A stretch of 64,000 bases of DNA from Macrostomum hystrix. Taxonomy: Eukaryota; Animalia; Platyhelminthes. Both the position numbers and the translations under genes were made by a program. Each line of letters begins with the position of its first letter. The first letter of the stretch is position 1. The stretch spans positions 7,626,001 through 7,690,000 of the forward strand of contig CATNEN010000038.1 of NCBI GenBank assembly GCA_950097015.1, given 5' to 3'. Shown here in pieces: positions 22,857-37,600 of this stretch. A model generated the notes under the pieces. That model had not been told where the DNA came from and did no database searches. It saw nothing but the letters and a program-made list of their open reading frames with translations.

Positions 22857-25800
22857 ATGCCCAGCTCCTTGGAGTCACTAGAGCGGAAAGCTCCGCTATG
22901 GCTGTCACAGCGTGTCCTCACAGCTGTTGTAGTCTTCTTTGGCACCCTGATTCTGTACGCTTTGCGCGTCAACATGAGCATCGCCCTAGTCTGCATGGTC
23001 AAGCCTTATAACGATTCGGCTTCGGATACGTTGCTAAGCAACACTAGCCAGCCGCAGTGCGGCACCAGCTTCTCCGTTGGTGGCGACAACTCCACCGGCT
23101 CCGATGCCGGATCGGAAAAGATAGGCGAATTCGATTGGGATCGGACTGTACAGGGCCAGATTCTGAGCAGCTTCTTCTTTGGCTACCTGTTTCTGCAGAT
23201 CCCAGCCGGCCTGTTGGCCCAGCTGTTCGGTCCGAAGATGGTCATCGCTGTGCTCACCGGCCTGGCTTCGGTTAGTTTATTTGAGCACGACTGTTACAGA
23301 TGTTGCTTAACAGTAGGACGACGACCGCGGGTGGTATTTGAATGGGTGCCAGAATCGGTTGGGTTAGACATTTATGTGGGCGTGGCGGCCTCCTCAGTCC
23401 GTGTACTTTTACGGCCTTTGAAAGCGCAGTTCGGGCTGTGTTACTGGCTGAAAATCTATCTGCGAGTTTACGCCTGAGATCTAAATGATGGGAACTGCAT
23501 TATTGCCAGGTGTGCACTCTGCTGCTGCCAGCGGCCGCTCGCATCGACTGGCGCCTGTTTGTCGGCCTTCGAATCCTCATCGGCCTGGGGTCGGGCGTGA
23601 TGTTCCCCGGCCTGCACCAGCTGTGGGCCGGCTGGGCCCCGCCCATGGAACGGTCCAAGCTGGTCGGCTTCAGCTACGCCGGCGCCCAGATCGGCACAAT
23701 CATCACCCTGCCGCTGTCCTCCCTGCTGTGCCGCTCAGTCAGCTGGGATTCCATCTTCTACGTGTTCGGCAGTCTGGGCTGCTGCTGGGTGGTCCTGTGG
23801 CTGGCTCTGGTGCACAATTCGCCCGAGGCGCATCCGAGGATAACGCAGGTAGTTATTCGCTTAAATTAATGCGCTTTTACTATTAACGGTTCTTTATAAA
23901 AAAACTATTATAGGGCCAGTTCAGAAAATAATCGAAATTGAAATATTATAGACTTATCGATACTAACGATATCAAAAGTAACGATGCTCCATAGTTATGT
24001 ATTATTGCCAGCGTTACTTCTTTTTAGCAACAAAGCTTAACAAGTATTAAGAGTCTCAAATATTAACAATCTATTGACGTAAATATTAACGAAGCTTCAA
24101 AGAAACGCAGCTTCACAAAAATATACGGTGCTTCTGTAATATTAACGAATCTTCTCTAAAATTAACAGAGCTTCTTTAATATTAACGGAGCTTCACTAAT
24201 ATTAACGGAGCTTTTCTTATATTAACGGAGTTTCTCTAATATTAACGGAGCTTCACTTATATTAACGGAGCTTCTCTTATATTAACGGAGCTTCTCTAAT
24301 ATTAACGGAGCTTTTCTTATATTAACGGAGCTTCACTAATATTAACGGAGCTTTTATTATATTAACGGAGCTTCTCTTATATTCACGGAGCTTCTCTAAT
24401 ATTAACGGAGCTTCTCTAATATTCACGGAGCTTCACTAATATTAACGGAGCTTCACTTATATTAACGGAGCTTCTCTTATATTAACGGAGCTTCTCTTAT
24501 ATTAACCGAGCTTCACTAATATTAACGGAGCTTCACTGATATTAACGGGGCTTCTCTTATATTAACGGAGCTTCACTAATATTAACGGAGCTTTTCTTAT
24601 ATTAACGGAGTTTCTCTAATATTAACGGAGCTTCACTTATATTAACGGAGCTTCTCTTATATTAACGGAGCTTCTCTTATATTAACGGAGCTTCTCTAAT
24701 ATTAACGGAGCTTCACTAATATTAACGGAGCTTCACTAATATTAACGGAGCTTCACTAATATTAACGGAGCTTCACTTATATTAACGGAGCTTCTCTTAT
24801 ATTAACGGAGCTTCTCTTATATTAACGGAGCTTCTCTAATATTAACGGAGCTTCACTAATATTAACGGAGCTTCACTAATATTAACGGAGCTTCACTAAT
24901 ATTAACGGAGCTTCACTAATATTAACGGAGCTTCACTTATATTAACGGAGCTTCTCTTATATTAACGGAGCTTCTCTTATATTAACGGAGCTTCTCTAAT
25001 ATTAACGGAGCTTCACTAAAATTAACGGAGCTTCTCTAATATTAACGGAGCTTCACTAATATTAACGGAGCTTTTCTTATATTAACGGAGCTTCTCTTAT
25101 ATTAACGGAGCTTCTCTTATATTAACCGAGCTTCACTAATATTAACGGAGCTTCACTGATATTAACGGGGCTTCTCTTATATTAACGGAGCTTCACTAAT
25201 ATTAACGGAGCTTTTCTTATATTAACGGAGTTTCTCTAATATTAACGGAGCTTCACTTATATTAACGGAGCTTCTCTTATATTAACGGAGCTTCTCTTAT
25301 ATTAACGGAGCTTCTCTAATATTAACGGAGCTTCACTAATATTAACGGAGCTTCACTAATATTAACGGAGCTTCACTAATATTAACGGAGCTTCACTTAT
25401 ATTAACGGAGCTTCTCTTATATTAACGGAGCTTCTCTTATATTAACGGAGCTTCTCTAATATTAACGGAGCTTCACTAATATTAACGGAGCTTCACTAAT
25501 ATTAACGGAGCTTCACTAATATTAACGGAGCTTCACTAATATTAACGGAGCTTCACTTATATTAACGGAGCTTCTCTTATATTAACGGAGCTTCTCTTAT
25601 ATTAACGGAGCTTCTCTAATATTAACGGAGCTTCACTAAAATTAACGGAGCTTCTCTAATATTAACGGAGCTTCACTAATATTAACGGAGCTTTTCTTAT
25701 ATTAACGGAGCTTCACTAATATTAACGGAGCTTCTCTAATATTAACGGAGCTTCACTAATATTAACGGAGCTTTTCTTATATTAACGGAGCTTCTCTAAT

Positions 25801-28619
25801 ATTCACGGAGCTTTTCTTATATTAACGGAGCTTCTCTTATATTAACGGAGCTTCTCTTATATTAACGGAGCTTCTCTTATATTAACCGAGCTTCACTAAT
25901 ATTAACGGAGCTTCACTGATATTAACGGGGCTTCTCTTATATTAACGGAGCTTCACTAATATTAACGGAGCTTTTCTTATATTAACGGAGTTTCTCTAAT
26001 ATTAACGGAGCTTCACTTATATTAACGGAGCTTCTCTTATATTAACGGAGCTTCTCTTATATTAACGGAGCTTCACTAATATTAACGGAGCTTCTCTAAT
26101 ATTAACGGAGCTTCACTAATATTAACGGAGCTTTTCTTATATTAACGGAGCTTCTCTAATATTCACGGAGCTTTTCTTATATTAACGGAGCTTCTCTAAT
26201 ATTAACAGAGCTTCACTAATATTAACAGAGCTTCACTAATAATAACGGAGCTTGACTAACATTAACGAATCTTCTCTAAAATTAACGGAGCTTCTCTAAA
26301 ATTAACGGAGCTTATTTAATATTAACGGAGCTTCTCTAATATTCACGGAGCTTCTCTAATATTAACGGAGCTTCTTTAATATTAACGGAGCTTCTTTAAT
26401 ATTAACGGAGCTTCACTAATATTAACGGAGCTTCTCTTATATTAACGGAGCTTCACTAATATTAACGGAGCTTTTCTTATATTAACGGAGCTTCTCTAAT
26501 ATTCACGGAGCTTTTCTTATATTAACGGAGCTTCTCTAATATTAACAGAGCTTCACTAATATTAACAGAGCTTCACTAATAATAACGGAGCTTGACTAAC
26601 ATTAACGAATCTTCTCTAAAATTAACGGAGCTTCTCTAAAATTAACGGAGCTTATTTAATATTAACGGAGCTTCTCTAATATTCACGGAGCTTCTCTAAT
26701 ATTAACGGAGCTTCTTTAATATTAACGGAGCTTCTTTAATATTAACGGAGCTTCACTAATATTAACGGAGCTTCTCTTATATTAACGGAGCTTCTCTAAT
26801 ATTAACGGAGCTTCACTAATATTAACGGAGCTTCTCTAATATTAACGGAGCTTCACTAATATTAACGGAGCTTGACTAACATTAACGAATCTTCTCTAAA
26901 ATTAACGGAGCTTCTCTAAAATTAACGGAGCTTCTTTAATATTAACGGAGCTTCACTAATATTAACGGAGCTTCACTAATATTAACGGGGCTTCTCTAAT
27001 ATTAACAGAGCTTCACTCATCTGTGCGATGTCTCTGTGCCTAGTGAGCCTATTGAATTAACCTCGCTCTAGCGCGCCTTCGATACCTTCTACAGGCTGAG
27101 AAGCGCTTCATTCAGCACGCACTGCAGGGCCAGGTGGCTGCCTCAGGTGAGCACAGCCTCAGGCTGCCTGTACTCTCCGTGCTCACCAGCCTGCCCTTCT
27201 GGGCCATCGTAGTGGCCAATGTCACCTACGACTATGGCGGCTACACCTTCCTCACCAACTTGCCAACCTACTTCAAGGTAACTGCGACATCTATTACTTT
27301 TTATTTGTTTGTCTGGCATTTAGAACTGTATTGACACCCCCCTGAAGGACTGCTGAGGTATTTTTAGTCTTCTGAAGGACTCCTGAAGTATTCTAAGCCT
27401 ACTCAATAGATCCTGAGGTATTTTTGTAGCCAACTGAAAATGACCTGAGTTATTATTGGCCGTCAAGGTATGTCAGGAATGTCAAGGTATTTTTTAGCCT
27501 AGTGAAAGTGTCCTGAACTATTTATTTAGCCTACTGAAGGACATTGTCTTGTGCAGTTTTGAAAATCAGTTCTGATTATTTTCCTTTATCCTGACGCTAC
27601 CGAATCGCAATGATAAGCCTCGCCACCGCGCCACTCACCGCAGGACGTTTTCGGCTTCTCGCTGGTGGCCAACGGCTTCCTGTCGGCGCTGCCGTACATC
27701 GGCTTCTTCGTGTTCCAGTTCGTCGCTGCCTGGCTAGCAGACCTGGTGCAGGCCCGCGGCTGCCTGAGCACGCGGAACACTCGCAAGCTGATGTCAGTGC
27801 TGAGCATGGGTGTGCCCGGCAGCATTATCATCTTCCTAGGCTTCATCGACTGCAGCGTCTACGCTCTGGGCATCGCCCTGCTAGTCATCGGCATCACCTT
27901 CAAGGGCGCCGGCTACTCTGGCTTCCTTGTCAATCACGTTGACATTGCGCCCAGGTGGGTCACATTTAAATGATACTGGGGGTTTTTTCAGTTCGCAGTT
28001 GTTTCCAACCCTAGGAGCTTAAGCCTCATATAAGTTCACATATTCTGTTCATACAATCCACAGTTCCTAAAATCCAGAATTGTTAAAGTCAAATCCTTTG
28101 AATCCTAAATTCTACTGCCCAGTTATTTATATTCCTAAACCCTGTAGTCCCAGTTTCTTAAATTCCTAAAACGTAAAATCCCCAAGTCTTCAAATCCCCA
28201 ATTATTCGAATTCTCAAATCCCCAATGCCAACTGTTGCCGCAGGTACGCCGGCGTGTTGTTCGGCATCAGCAACACGGTGGCCGCGCTGACTGGCCTGAT
28301 CGCTCCGAATGTGGTGGCAGCCGTAGTCCGGACCGGCAGCCAGGCCGAGTGGCTGCGCGTGTTCCTGATCACAGCCGCTGTGTACTGGTTCGGCTCCATC
28401 TTCTACGCCGTGTTCGCCAAGGGCGAGCTGCAGCCCTGGGCCGCCGCCTCCGCCAACTGCTGCGGCGACCCGGAGGAGGCCGACGACGACAACGCTACGG
28501 CTGCCGATCTCGGCGGCGGTGTCAACGGAGGCGGAGCTGGCGACGGAGTCGGGGTGGCCCTTCTAAATAAGGAGGCAGCCAAGAATAAACTGCAGGACAC
28601 TGAGGACCACAAGGTTTAA
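22857..28619 (+). CDS. SLC17A5: SLC17-family (sialin-like) MFS anion transporter, 5 exons, 540 aa
   Basis: Exons 22857-23270, 23510-23848, 27095-27277, 27644-27954 and 28244-28619 total 1623 nt in frame. Motifs: YALRVNMSIALVCM, FDWD..QGQILSSFFFGY, WAPPMERSKL, SPEAHPRI, TSLPFWAI, LPTYF, NGFLSALPY, NHVDIAPRYAGVLFGISNT. The family is clear; exact orthology within SLC17 is unresolved. Confidence 0.9.
24160..27017. repeat. 20-bp satellite (ATTAACGGAGCTTYWCTWAT), about 140 copies, in SLC17 intron 2
   Basis: Perfectly phased 20-nt units. Confidence 0.98.
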
Positions 28620-28751
28620 GGTGTGTGGCTGAATTCCTAGAAACCAGTTTGGAGACATTGTTAAGCGGAATCGGAGTTTAAATGGGTCCAAAATAGCGCG
28701 ATTGTTTTACAATAAAGCCTTCTTCTCATTTAGCGCCGCTCTTATATCCAC

Positions 28752-29045
28752 AGTTTGAGCAGTCTCACAATCCTTCCAAAATCCTTAGTTTGAGCAGTCT
28801 CACAATCCTTCCAAAATCCTTAGTTTGAGTAGTCTCACAACTCTCCTAAAATCCTCAGTTTGAGCAGCCTCACAATCCTTCCAAAATCCTTAGTTTGAGC
28901 AGTCTTAGAACCCTTCCAAAATCCTCAGTTTGAGCAGTCTCACAATCCTTCTAAAATCCCCAGTTTCAGCAGTATCACAAACCTTCCAAAATCCTCAGTT
29001 TGAGCAGTCTCACAAGGCTCCAAAAACCTGAGTTTAAGCAGTCTA
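28752..29045. repeat. 35-bp minisatellite (AGTTTGAGCAGTCTCACAATCCTTCCAAAATCCTY)
   Basis: Follows the SLC17 AATAAA signal near 28711. Confidence 0.9.
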
Positions 29046-29844
29046 ACATCTCTGTTGTGTTACTGGCTTACTGCCTTAAGTTACATTTATTTTAATAACT
29101 AAGTTAGTTAAGAATGTTTTGTCGTGTCAAATATTAGTTTTTTGTCAGTGTCTTCCTGCTGTTTTGTGAAGTTAACAATGAATTTATTGCTAAACAATTA
29201 TTAATATAGGTGTTTGTCGCATTGTGTGTACCCGATAATAGACTATCTAGTCAAATTGCTGGTCTAGTTTTTTATCGTCTAGCTGGAAAATAAAAACAAT
29301 GACAAAAACACCAAAATATTTTCACTACTCTACTGGCTAGTAGGAGAGCTAGAATCGTGCCCCATTTTTTGTTTGGCCGCTTAGGCCATTTGTCCTGCTA
29401 GCTTTTGCTTATTGATATTGGCATCGATTTTTTATAGCTCGACAGCTACTCCCAATGCAACTAATTTTTTATTGCACTGACCAGCTCGGCGAGCTTGCTG
29501 TGCACTTTTATTGTAATGCGACTTTCTATTTAACCTTTTTGGAGAAACTTTCTGCTATTATTTCTGCGCGTTGCGTTTTGTTTTGTTTTTTAGCAGCCAA
29601 AGCAGACTCACTGCCTACGCCCTGGTGGATATTTTAATTGCGCAGCTGAAGCAGCTGTTCCTGTCCTTGCCTGAGTGCTTTTTTGTCGTTTTCAGGCCCG
29701 CTTTTATTAGGGTTTTAAGAGGCCGTTCAGAGTTCACTTGTTCCTTATCAAATCAAACTTTGCATGGCATATATTTAGATGATTGTGCTGATGATCAATG
29801 TCTAGCTTTGCACTTTTCATGGTATACAGAGACTGTCAGAGTGT

Positions 29845-31775
29845 CAAATGTCAGATTAGACCATTGTCAAAGGCTCAAATGCCAAATGTCAGACTAGACC
29901 ATTGTCAGGGGCTCAAATGTCAGACTAGACCATTGTCAGGGGCTCAAATGTCAGACTAGACCATTGTCAGGGGCTCAAATGTCAGATTAGACCATTGTCA
30001 AAGGCTCAAATGCCAAATGTCAGACTAGACCATTGTCAGGGGCTCAAATGTCAGACTAGACCATTGTCAGAGGCTCAAATGTCAAATATCAGACTAGACC
30101 ATTGTCAGGGGCTCAAATGTCAAATGTCAGACTAGACCATTGTCAGGGGCTCAAATGTCAAATATCAGACTAGACCATTGTCAGAGGCTCAAATGTCAAA
30201 TGTCAGACTAGACCATTGTCAGGGGCTCAAATGTCAAATATCAGACTAGACCATTGTCAGAGGCTCAAATGTCAAATGTCAGACTAGACCATTGTCAGAG
30301 GCTCAAATGTCAAATGTCAGACTAGACCATTGTCAGAGGCTCAAATGTCAAATATCAGACTAGACCATTGTCAGAGGCTCAAATGTCAAATATCAGACTA
30401 GACCATTGTCAGAGGCTCAAATGTCAAATGTCAGACTAGACCATTGTCAGAGGCTCAAATGTCAAATGTCAGACTAGACCATTGTCAGAGGCTCAAATGT
30501 CAAATATCAGACTAGACCATTGTCAGGGGCTCAAATGTCAAATGTCAGACTAGACCATTGTCAGGGGCTCAAATGTCAAATGTCAGACTAGACCATTGTC
30601 AGAGGCTCAAATGTCAAATGTCAGACTAGACCATTGTCAGGGGCTCAAATGTCAAATGTCAGACTAGACCATTGTCAGAGGCTCAAATGTCAAATGTCAG
30701 ACTAGACCATTGTCAGGGGCTCAAATGTCAAATATCAGACTAGACCATTGTCAGGGGCTCAAATGTCAAATGTCAGACTAGACCATTGTCAGAGGCTCAA
30801 ATGTCAAATGTCAGACCTAGAACATTGTCAGGGGCTCAAATGTCAGACTAGACCATTGTCAGGGGCTCAAATGTCAAATGTCAGACTAGACCATTGTCAG
30901 AGGCTCAAATGTCAAATATCAGACTAGACCATTGTCAGAGGCTCAAATGTCAAATGTCAGACTAGACCATTGTCAGAGGCTCAAATGTCAAATGTCAGAC
31001 TAGACCATTGTCAGAGGCTCAAATGTCAAATGTCAGACTAGACCATTGTCAGAGGCTCAAATGTCAAATATCAGACTAGACCATTGTCAGAGGCTCAAAT
31101 GTCAAATGTCAGACTAGACCATTGTCAGAGGCTCAAATGTCAAATGTCAGACTAGACCATTGTCAGGGGCTCAAATGTCAAATGTCAGACTAGACCATTG
31201 TCAGAGGCTCAAATGTCAAATGTCAGACTAGACCATTGTCAGGGGCTCAAATGTCAAATGTCAGACTAGACCATTGTCAGAGGCTCAGATGTCAAATGTC
31301 AGACTAGACCATTGTCAGAGGCCCAAATGTCAAATATCAGACTAGACCATTGTCAGGGGCTCAAATGTCAAATGTCAGACTAGACCATTGTCAGAGGCTC
31401 AAATGTCAAATGTCAGACTAGACCATTGTCAGAGGCTCAAATGTCAAATGTCAGACTAGACCATTGTCAGAGGCTCAAATGTCAAATGTCAGACTAGACC
31501 ATTGTCAGAGGCTCAAATGTCAAATGTCAGACTAGACCATTGTCAGGGGCTGAAATGTCAAATGTCAGACTAGACCATTGTCAGAGGCTCAAATGTCAAA
31601 TGTCAGACTAGACCATTGTCAGGGGCTCAAATGTCAAATGTCAGACTAGACCATTGTCAGAGGCTCAAATGTCAAATGTCAGACTAGACCATTGTCAGAG
31701 GCTCAAATGTCAAATATCAGACTAGACCATTGTCAGAGGCTCAAATGTCAAATATCAGACTAGACCATTGTCAGG
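29845..31775. repeat. 38-bp satellite (GTCAGACTAGACCATTGTCAGRGGCTCAAATGTCAAAT) with 31-bp variants
   Basis: About 50 copies. Confidence 0.97.
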
Positions 31776-32547
31776 ATATTTAAAATGGACATTGAACTCT
31801 GAACGGCTTTTATCAGTTGGACTTTATTGTTTAACAAATGTTTATTTTATCTATTTATATTTTATGCTTCTTTTTAACATTGTACACATGTCCCTCATTC
31901 CTTGTTTTTTGCGAATTTTTATTATAAAGTTTTCGTTTGTTGTCGGCCTGAACGTACCACTAGCACTTTTAGAATTATCTAGCTTTATGTTTACTTATTT
32001 GTTGCGTCAAACAGATCTTTTTTTCTGTTTTGCTTTCTGACGCCTTAAAATAGCAGTTTGTAGTGTCAGGTTTTTGGTCCATTAATTTATTCTAACCTTG
32101 TTGTCCTTATTAGCCCGCTCTGTGTTCTGTGTTTGTAGTTCAATAATGCATGGTCCTTTTGCCATCTCTTAACACGGCTCAGCAATGCAACCTTGGCTTA
32201 TAATTAGTGTAATTAATTGACGCCACACCTGGCAAAAATAGTTGTAACGCATTGTCAAACCTAGTTTGCTATTTCAATTTTAAAACATTATTTTGTTCGT
32301 TTCTAAGGAAAATCATATTTGCACCTTTGCAGCGTGTTGCTTTGAATTTTACTCTAAATTTTTAATTTAACCACACAATAAGGATACACTGAAAGCATTA
32401 AGCTTTATTGTCTTTGTGGTGTTGCTAAGGCACAGATCAACTTTTGAAAAAGCTATAATATTTAAGGACGCCTTGAGTTGCTTTTTTAAACTTTTCTGTA
32501 GATTTTGACGACAAAAATAAAGTGTTGCAGATGTATTGTGAGATTAT

Positions 32548-33470
32548 TGTAATAGTGGGGTGCTTGGCTGGAGTGAGGTGGTTGTAATAGTGGGGTGCTT
32601 GGCTGGAGTGAGGTGGTTGTAATAGTGGGGTGCTTGGCTGGAGTGAGGTGGTTGTAATAGTGGGTGGTTAGATGGAGTAAGGTGGTTGTAATAGTGGGTG
32701 GTTAGATGGAGTAAGGTGGTTGTAATAGTGGGGTGCTTGGCTGGAGTGAGGTGGTTGTAATAGTGGGTGGTTAGATGGAGTAAGGTGGTTGTAATAGTGG
32801 GTGGTTAGATGGAGTAAGGTGGTTGTAATAGTGGGGTGCTTGGCTGGAGTGAGGTGGTTGTAATAGTGGGTGGTTAGATGGAGTGAGGTGGTTGTAATAG
32901 TGGGGTGCTTGGCTGGAGTGAGGTGGTTGTAATAGTGGGGTGCTTGGCTGGAGTGAGGTGGTTGTAATAGTGGGGTGCTTGGCTGGAGTGAGGTGGTTGT
33001 AATAGTGGGTGGTTAGATGGAGTGAGGTGGTTGTAATAGTGGGTGGTTAGATGGAGTAAGGTGGTTGTAATAGTGGGTGGTTAGATGGAGTGAGGTGGTT
33101 GTAATAGTGGGTGGTTAGATGAGTGAGGCGGTTGTAGCTCGCAATAGTGTGGTGGTTGGCTGGAGTGAGGCGATTACAAAAAGAGGGTGGTTGGCTGGAG
33201 TGAGTGTATGTATGGTGGGGTGGTTGGCTGGAGTGAGTGTATGTATGGTGGGGTAGTTGGCTGGAGTGAGTGTATGTATGGTGGGGTGGTTGGCTGGAGT
33301 GAGTGTATGTATGGTGGGGTAGTTGGCTGGAGTGAGTGTATGTATGGTGGGGTAGTTGGCTGGAGTGAGTGTATGGTGGGGTAGTTGGCTGGAGTGAGTG
33401 TTGGTGGGGTAGTTGGCTGGAGTGAGTGTATGGTGGGGTGTTTGGCTGGGGTGAGTGTATGGTGGTGTTG
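32548..33470. repeat. Compound GT-rich minisatellite (34/35-bp units, then 33-bp units)
   Basis: Two related unit types sharing TTGGCTGGAGTGAG. Confidence 0.9.
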
Positions 33471-34610
33471 TTTTGTCTGAGGTGAGGCTAGCAGTTTGTT
33501 GTGTGGAAAATAAATGCAACTGATATTACTCAACCTGGGCTGAATTTCTAGGTTTTTTAACGCCTGTACTTTATGGTGCATACACTTAACCTAAATGAGT
33601 TAAAAATTTGTCCACAACTTTGTCAGCTTATAGAGTCTAACTTCGCTCTATTTCTTCTGTTTTATTTGGGAAATTGTGTGCAAATTATGCACTTTCACAT
33701 TGGACTACAATTTCACATCAGCTGACTAATGCTTTCACATAGAATTCATTGGGCGCACCCAGTCCCACCGATTCCTGCCTCCGCCGTGTCCAGGTTGTTT
33801 GTACAATAGAGGTCAAAGCCATATCCAAGTGCACGGTAAATTAATTATTTAAACCGCAGCTGTTTCATGAGTTCTTTGATAAGTTCAGGATTTTTTCAGA
33901 CCGGGAAAGTTTAATCAAAACTAAATAAGAGGATAATAGATACTCTAGGCTTGCACTGCCTGTTATACTATTATTAGCAACACTAGCTTCAGCCGCTGCA
34001 AGGTATAACTAATGACATTCAATTCTATGATTGCGTCCAGTGTCTTTTGTTTAACTTTTGCCACCACATAATCTTGGCCAATAGTCAGACCAACGCCCTG
34101 TAAGTACACAGCAGTCATTGCTTCAGGCTCTAGCAGCTGGAGAACGCTTAGAAAGACAAACAGAAACTTGGCCGACGAGCAAACAGCGCAAGGGCAGGCT
34201 TTCGGCTTGTCATTCAATAGCAAGCGAAACCAGCCCCCCCTCCTCCTTCCTGGTCCCTGGGTTGCGATGACAGTTTTAAAGGCCAATTTAAATGCCGATT
34301 GCAAGGCAACTAGGTAGAAAATTGAGAGGTTGGCTTAGGCTGAGTCATGCTCAGCACTTTAGGCCAGTGCTAAACGAATTGGCGAGTGAAATATTCAAGC
34401 TTTGCTTTCGCAACGACCCTCATAGGGGCCAATCAGTGTCGACTTTGACCCATCTGCAATGGGCTGTGTGCCTGCCTACCTACCTACCTCGCCATTTATT
34501 TAAAGTGCAGTTGCAGACAGAACAGTGACCCAATCGATGGGACAAAACTCAGACTTTTGCCACTTTCTGCCTAGTTTTTTTTACCTGCGAGATTGGGAAA
34601 ACTTGAAGTC

Positions 34611-37600
34611 ATGCTGCTGTTACCTTCCATTGTCACTTTAATCAGTGTGGTGGCTGCTCTGCTTCTCTGCCATAGTACGAATGGTGAGTCAAACGTTGCG
34701 TTGTTACACTGTTCTGCTTTAACTTTATAACACTGTTATGCTGTAATGTTCTGAAACAATGAAGGGCTTTCACTTTGCATTGACATATCACTATAGCTTC
34801 TAGCATCTAGAAAGGTGATTTTTACAGTTCATTAGATAGATAGCACCCGCCTGTTAGACAGATAACACCCGCCTGTTAACACCCGCCTGTTAGACAGATA
34901 ACACCCGCCTGTTAGACAGATAACACCCGCCTGTTAGACAGATAACACCCGCCTGTTAGACAGATAACACCCGCCTTTTAGACAGATAACACCCGCCTGT
35001 TAGACAGATAACACCCGCCTGTTAGACAGATAACACCCGCCTGTTAGACAGATAACACCCGCCTGTTAGACAGATAACACCCGCCTGTTAACAACCGCCT
35101 GTTAGACAGATAACACCCGCCTGTTAGACAGATAACACCCGCCTGTTAGACAGATAACACCCGCCTGTTAGACAGATAGCACCCGCCTGTTAGACAGATA
35201 ACACCCGCCTGTTAGACAGATAACACCCGCCTGTTAGACAGATAACACCCGCCTGTTAGACAGATAGCACCCGCCTGTTAGACAGAAAATTTTTTTCGAA
35301 AGACAATCCTAAAGCGCACAATGCCACCCCGCAACCCCCAATCAGCTTATCCCTCGGGTCCGCCAGCTGCCAGCTGTCTCGACCAGCAGCCGTTTCACAC
35401 GAGGCCGGAGGGCAAAGCTGGCTCCACCGACTTGTACCCCGGCAGAGGCGGGAATCCGCAGTTTCTAATCACAGCCGGCGCCGCCACATGGAGCTCTGGT
35501 AGCCCGCTGACGGGTGAGTGAGCATGAGTATATCATTAGTATAGGAGGGGATAGTTTTTCTCTTTCAGGGCTTCACAGTAGATTTTTTCAGCATCTCCCA
35601 AAATATTGAACCAATATGAAAATAAAAATGAAATATAAAAATAATATGAAGCCTGTATTTTTACTAAAAACTTGACAGAAATCGATGAAACTATAAATGA
35701 CGAAACTAATATTTAAAGAAGCCAGCGGCCTCCTAAATTTGTGTTTCCAATAAACGTACTTTCCCGTCCTTCTACTCCAAGCGGTTCTTGGTGTTAAATG
35801 TGTACATCTGTACCAGCAAACTCGTTGCGTGAATTTCACGCTCGCATCAAATCCATACATTCAGTCACTCGCAATAACTACTCACCTGGCAGTGACCTTA
35901 TCATGTGCCACCGGTGTCAAGGGCTTCGGCGGCTTCGTTATGAAAGCCGTCCGTGCCACCAACGGCTATACAAACGACAAGCTGGGGCCTCTACTAGGCA
36001 GCTTCAGTTGTACCACATCAGTTGGGGCCAGCGCTCTGCCCAGGTATTTCTCTGTCTATGCGCCTAGCGGGGTAAGACTGCTGCGGTAAAATATGGCCTC
36101 TTATTTAAAACCTCCTTCAACTGAACCGCAATAACAAAAATCATTGCCTTTCTATTAGGAGAACAACTGCGTTGCTCACTCGAGAGGAGATGACAACTTG
36201 TACTCAACTGTCACGTGCCAGTGGACCCCGCCTTCCACTAATGAGGGCCCGATCATGTTTTCGTGAGTTCAAGATTAATTAATTAATTTAAGTAATCTAT
36301 TTCATCTCAAGTTTAATTAGCCCACCTGTTCTACACAACCGAATTGTTACATATTCTACATGTTAGACTGCTCACCAGTTACACTGCTCACCTGTTACAC
36401 TGCTCACCTGTTACACAGCTCAACTATTACGCAGCTTACCTGTTACACCTGTAAAATGGTACAAAAAAACATTTCATTTCCTCGGATTTCCCTTCCAGCG
36501 CCACAGTGGTCAGTGACTATGAAGACTATCAGACGCAGATTCAAAGCGCTGTCATTCCCAACGCTGCTGGGGCGCCCAACTTCACCTTGCTCAATGTAAG
36601 TGTCTTCCCTTCCCTTGCTCCAGTGTCTTCCCTTCCCTTGCTCCAGTGTCTTCCCTTCCCTTGCTCCAGTGTCTTCCCTTCCCTTGCTCTAGTGTCTTCC
36701 CTTCCCTTGCTCCAGTGTCTTCCCTTCCCTTGCTCCAGTGTCTTCCCTTCCCTTGCTCCAGTGTCTTCCCTTCCCTTGCTCCAGTGTCTTCCCTTCCCTT
36801 GCTCCAGTGTCTTCCCTTCCCTTGCTCCAGTGTCTTCCCTTCCCTTGCTCCAGTGTCTTCCCTTCCCTTGCTCCAGTGTCTTCCCTTCCATCCTTCCTTC
36901 ATTCGTTCGTTCGTTCGTTTGTTCGTTCGTTCGTTCGTTCGTTTGTTCGTTCGTTCGTTCGTTCGTTCGTTCGTTTGTTCGTTCGTTCGTTCGTTTGTTC
37001 GTTCGTTTGTTCGTTCGTTCGTTCGTTCGTTCGTTTGTTCGTTCGTTCGTTCGTTCGTTCGTTCGTTCGTTCGTTTGTTCGTTCGTTCGTTCGTTCGTTC
37101 GTTCGTTTGTTCGTTCCTTTCTTGCTTCCTTCTAGATGTTAGTTTTTTTTGCTGAACTCCTGAACTGATATTCTGAATTTGTAAATCGCCAGGACACGCT
37201 GGCCGCCAAGCCCACAACCTTCGGCTGCGGCACCAGCAAGACCTGCGCCCTGTATCCGCCGTCTTGCGACGTGCGTGGAGGCTGTCGCTACGGCCTGATG
37301 ATCACCCCGATGACAGCCAGCAATCAGCTGCTGTTTGAAATTTTCGGTCACACCTTCGACTGGCTAGCCTTGGGCCTCGGCAGCTCGACCGAAATGGTGA
37401 GCCCCGAGCAAAAAATAACGAATAAAAATAAAAGTGCACGTTGTGAGACTACCTTTGAGTCCCACTGCATTATTCATCTGCTTGGGCAGCGGTACAGTTC
37501 AGCTTGGGTCAACAGCCTTGGGGGGGCTTACCTGGCTTTGTTGAATCTCTCTATCGAGGTGAAGGCTTCTCAACTATCTCACTTTTCATGCTGCGATCTG

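Noticed and set aside
24160-31775. CRISPR-like appearance of the long regular arrays
   Set aside because: The units are head-to-tail with no unique spacers, there are no cas genes, and the context is eukaryotic.
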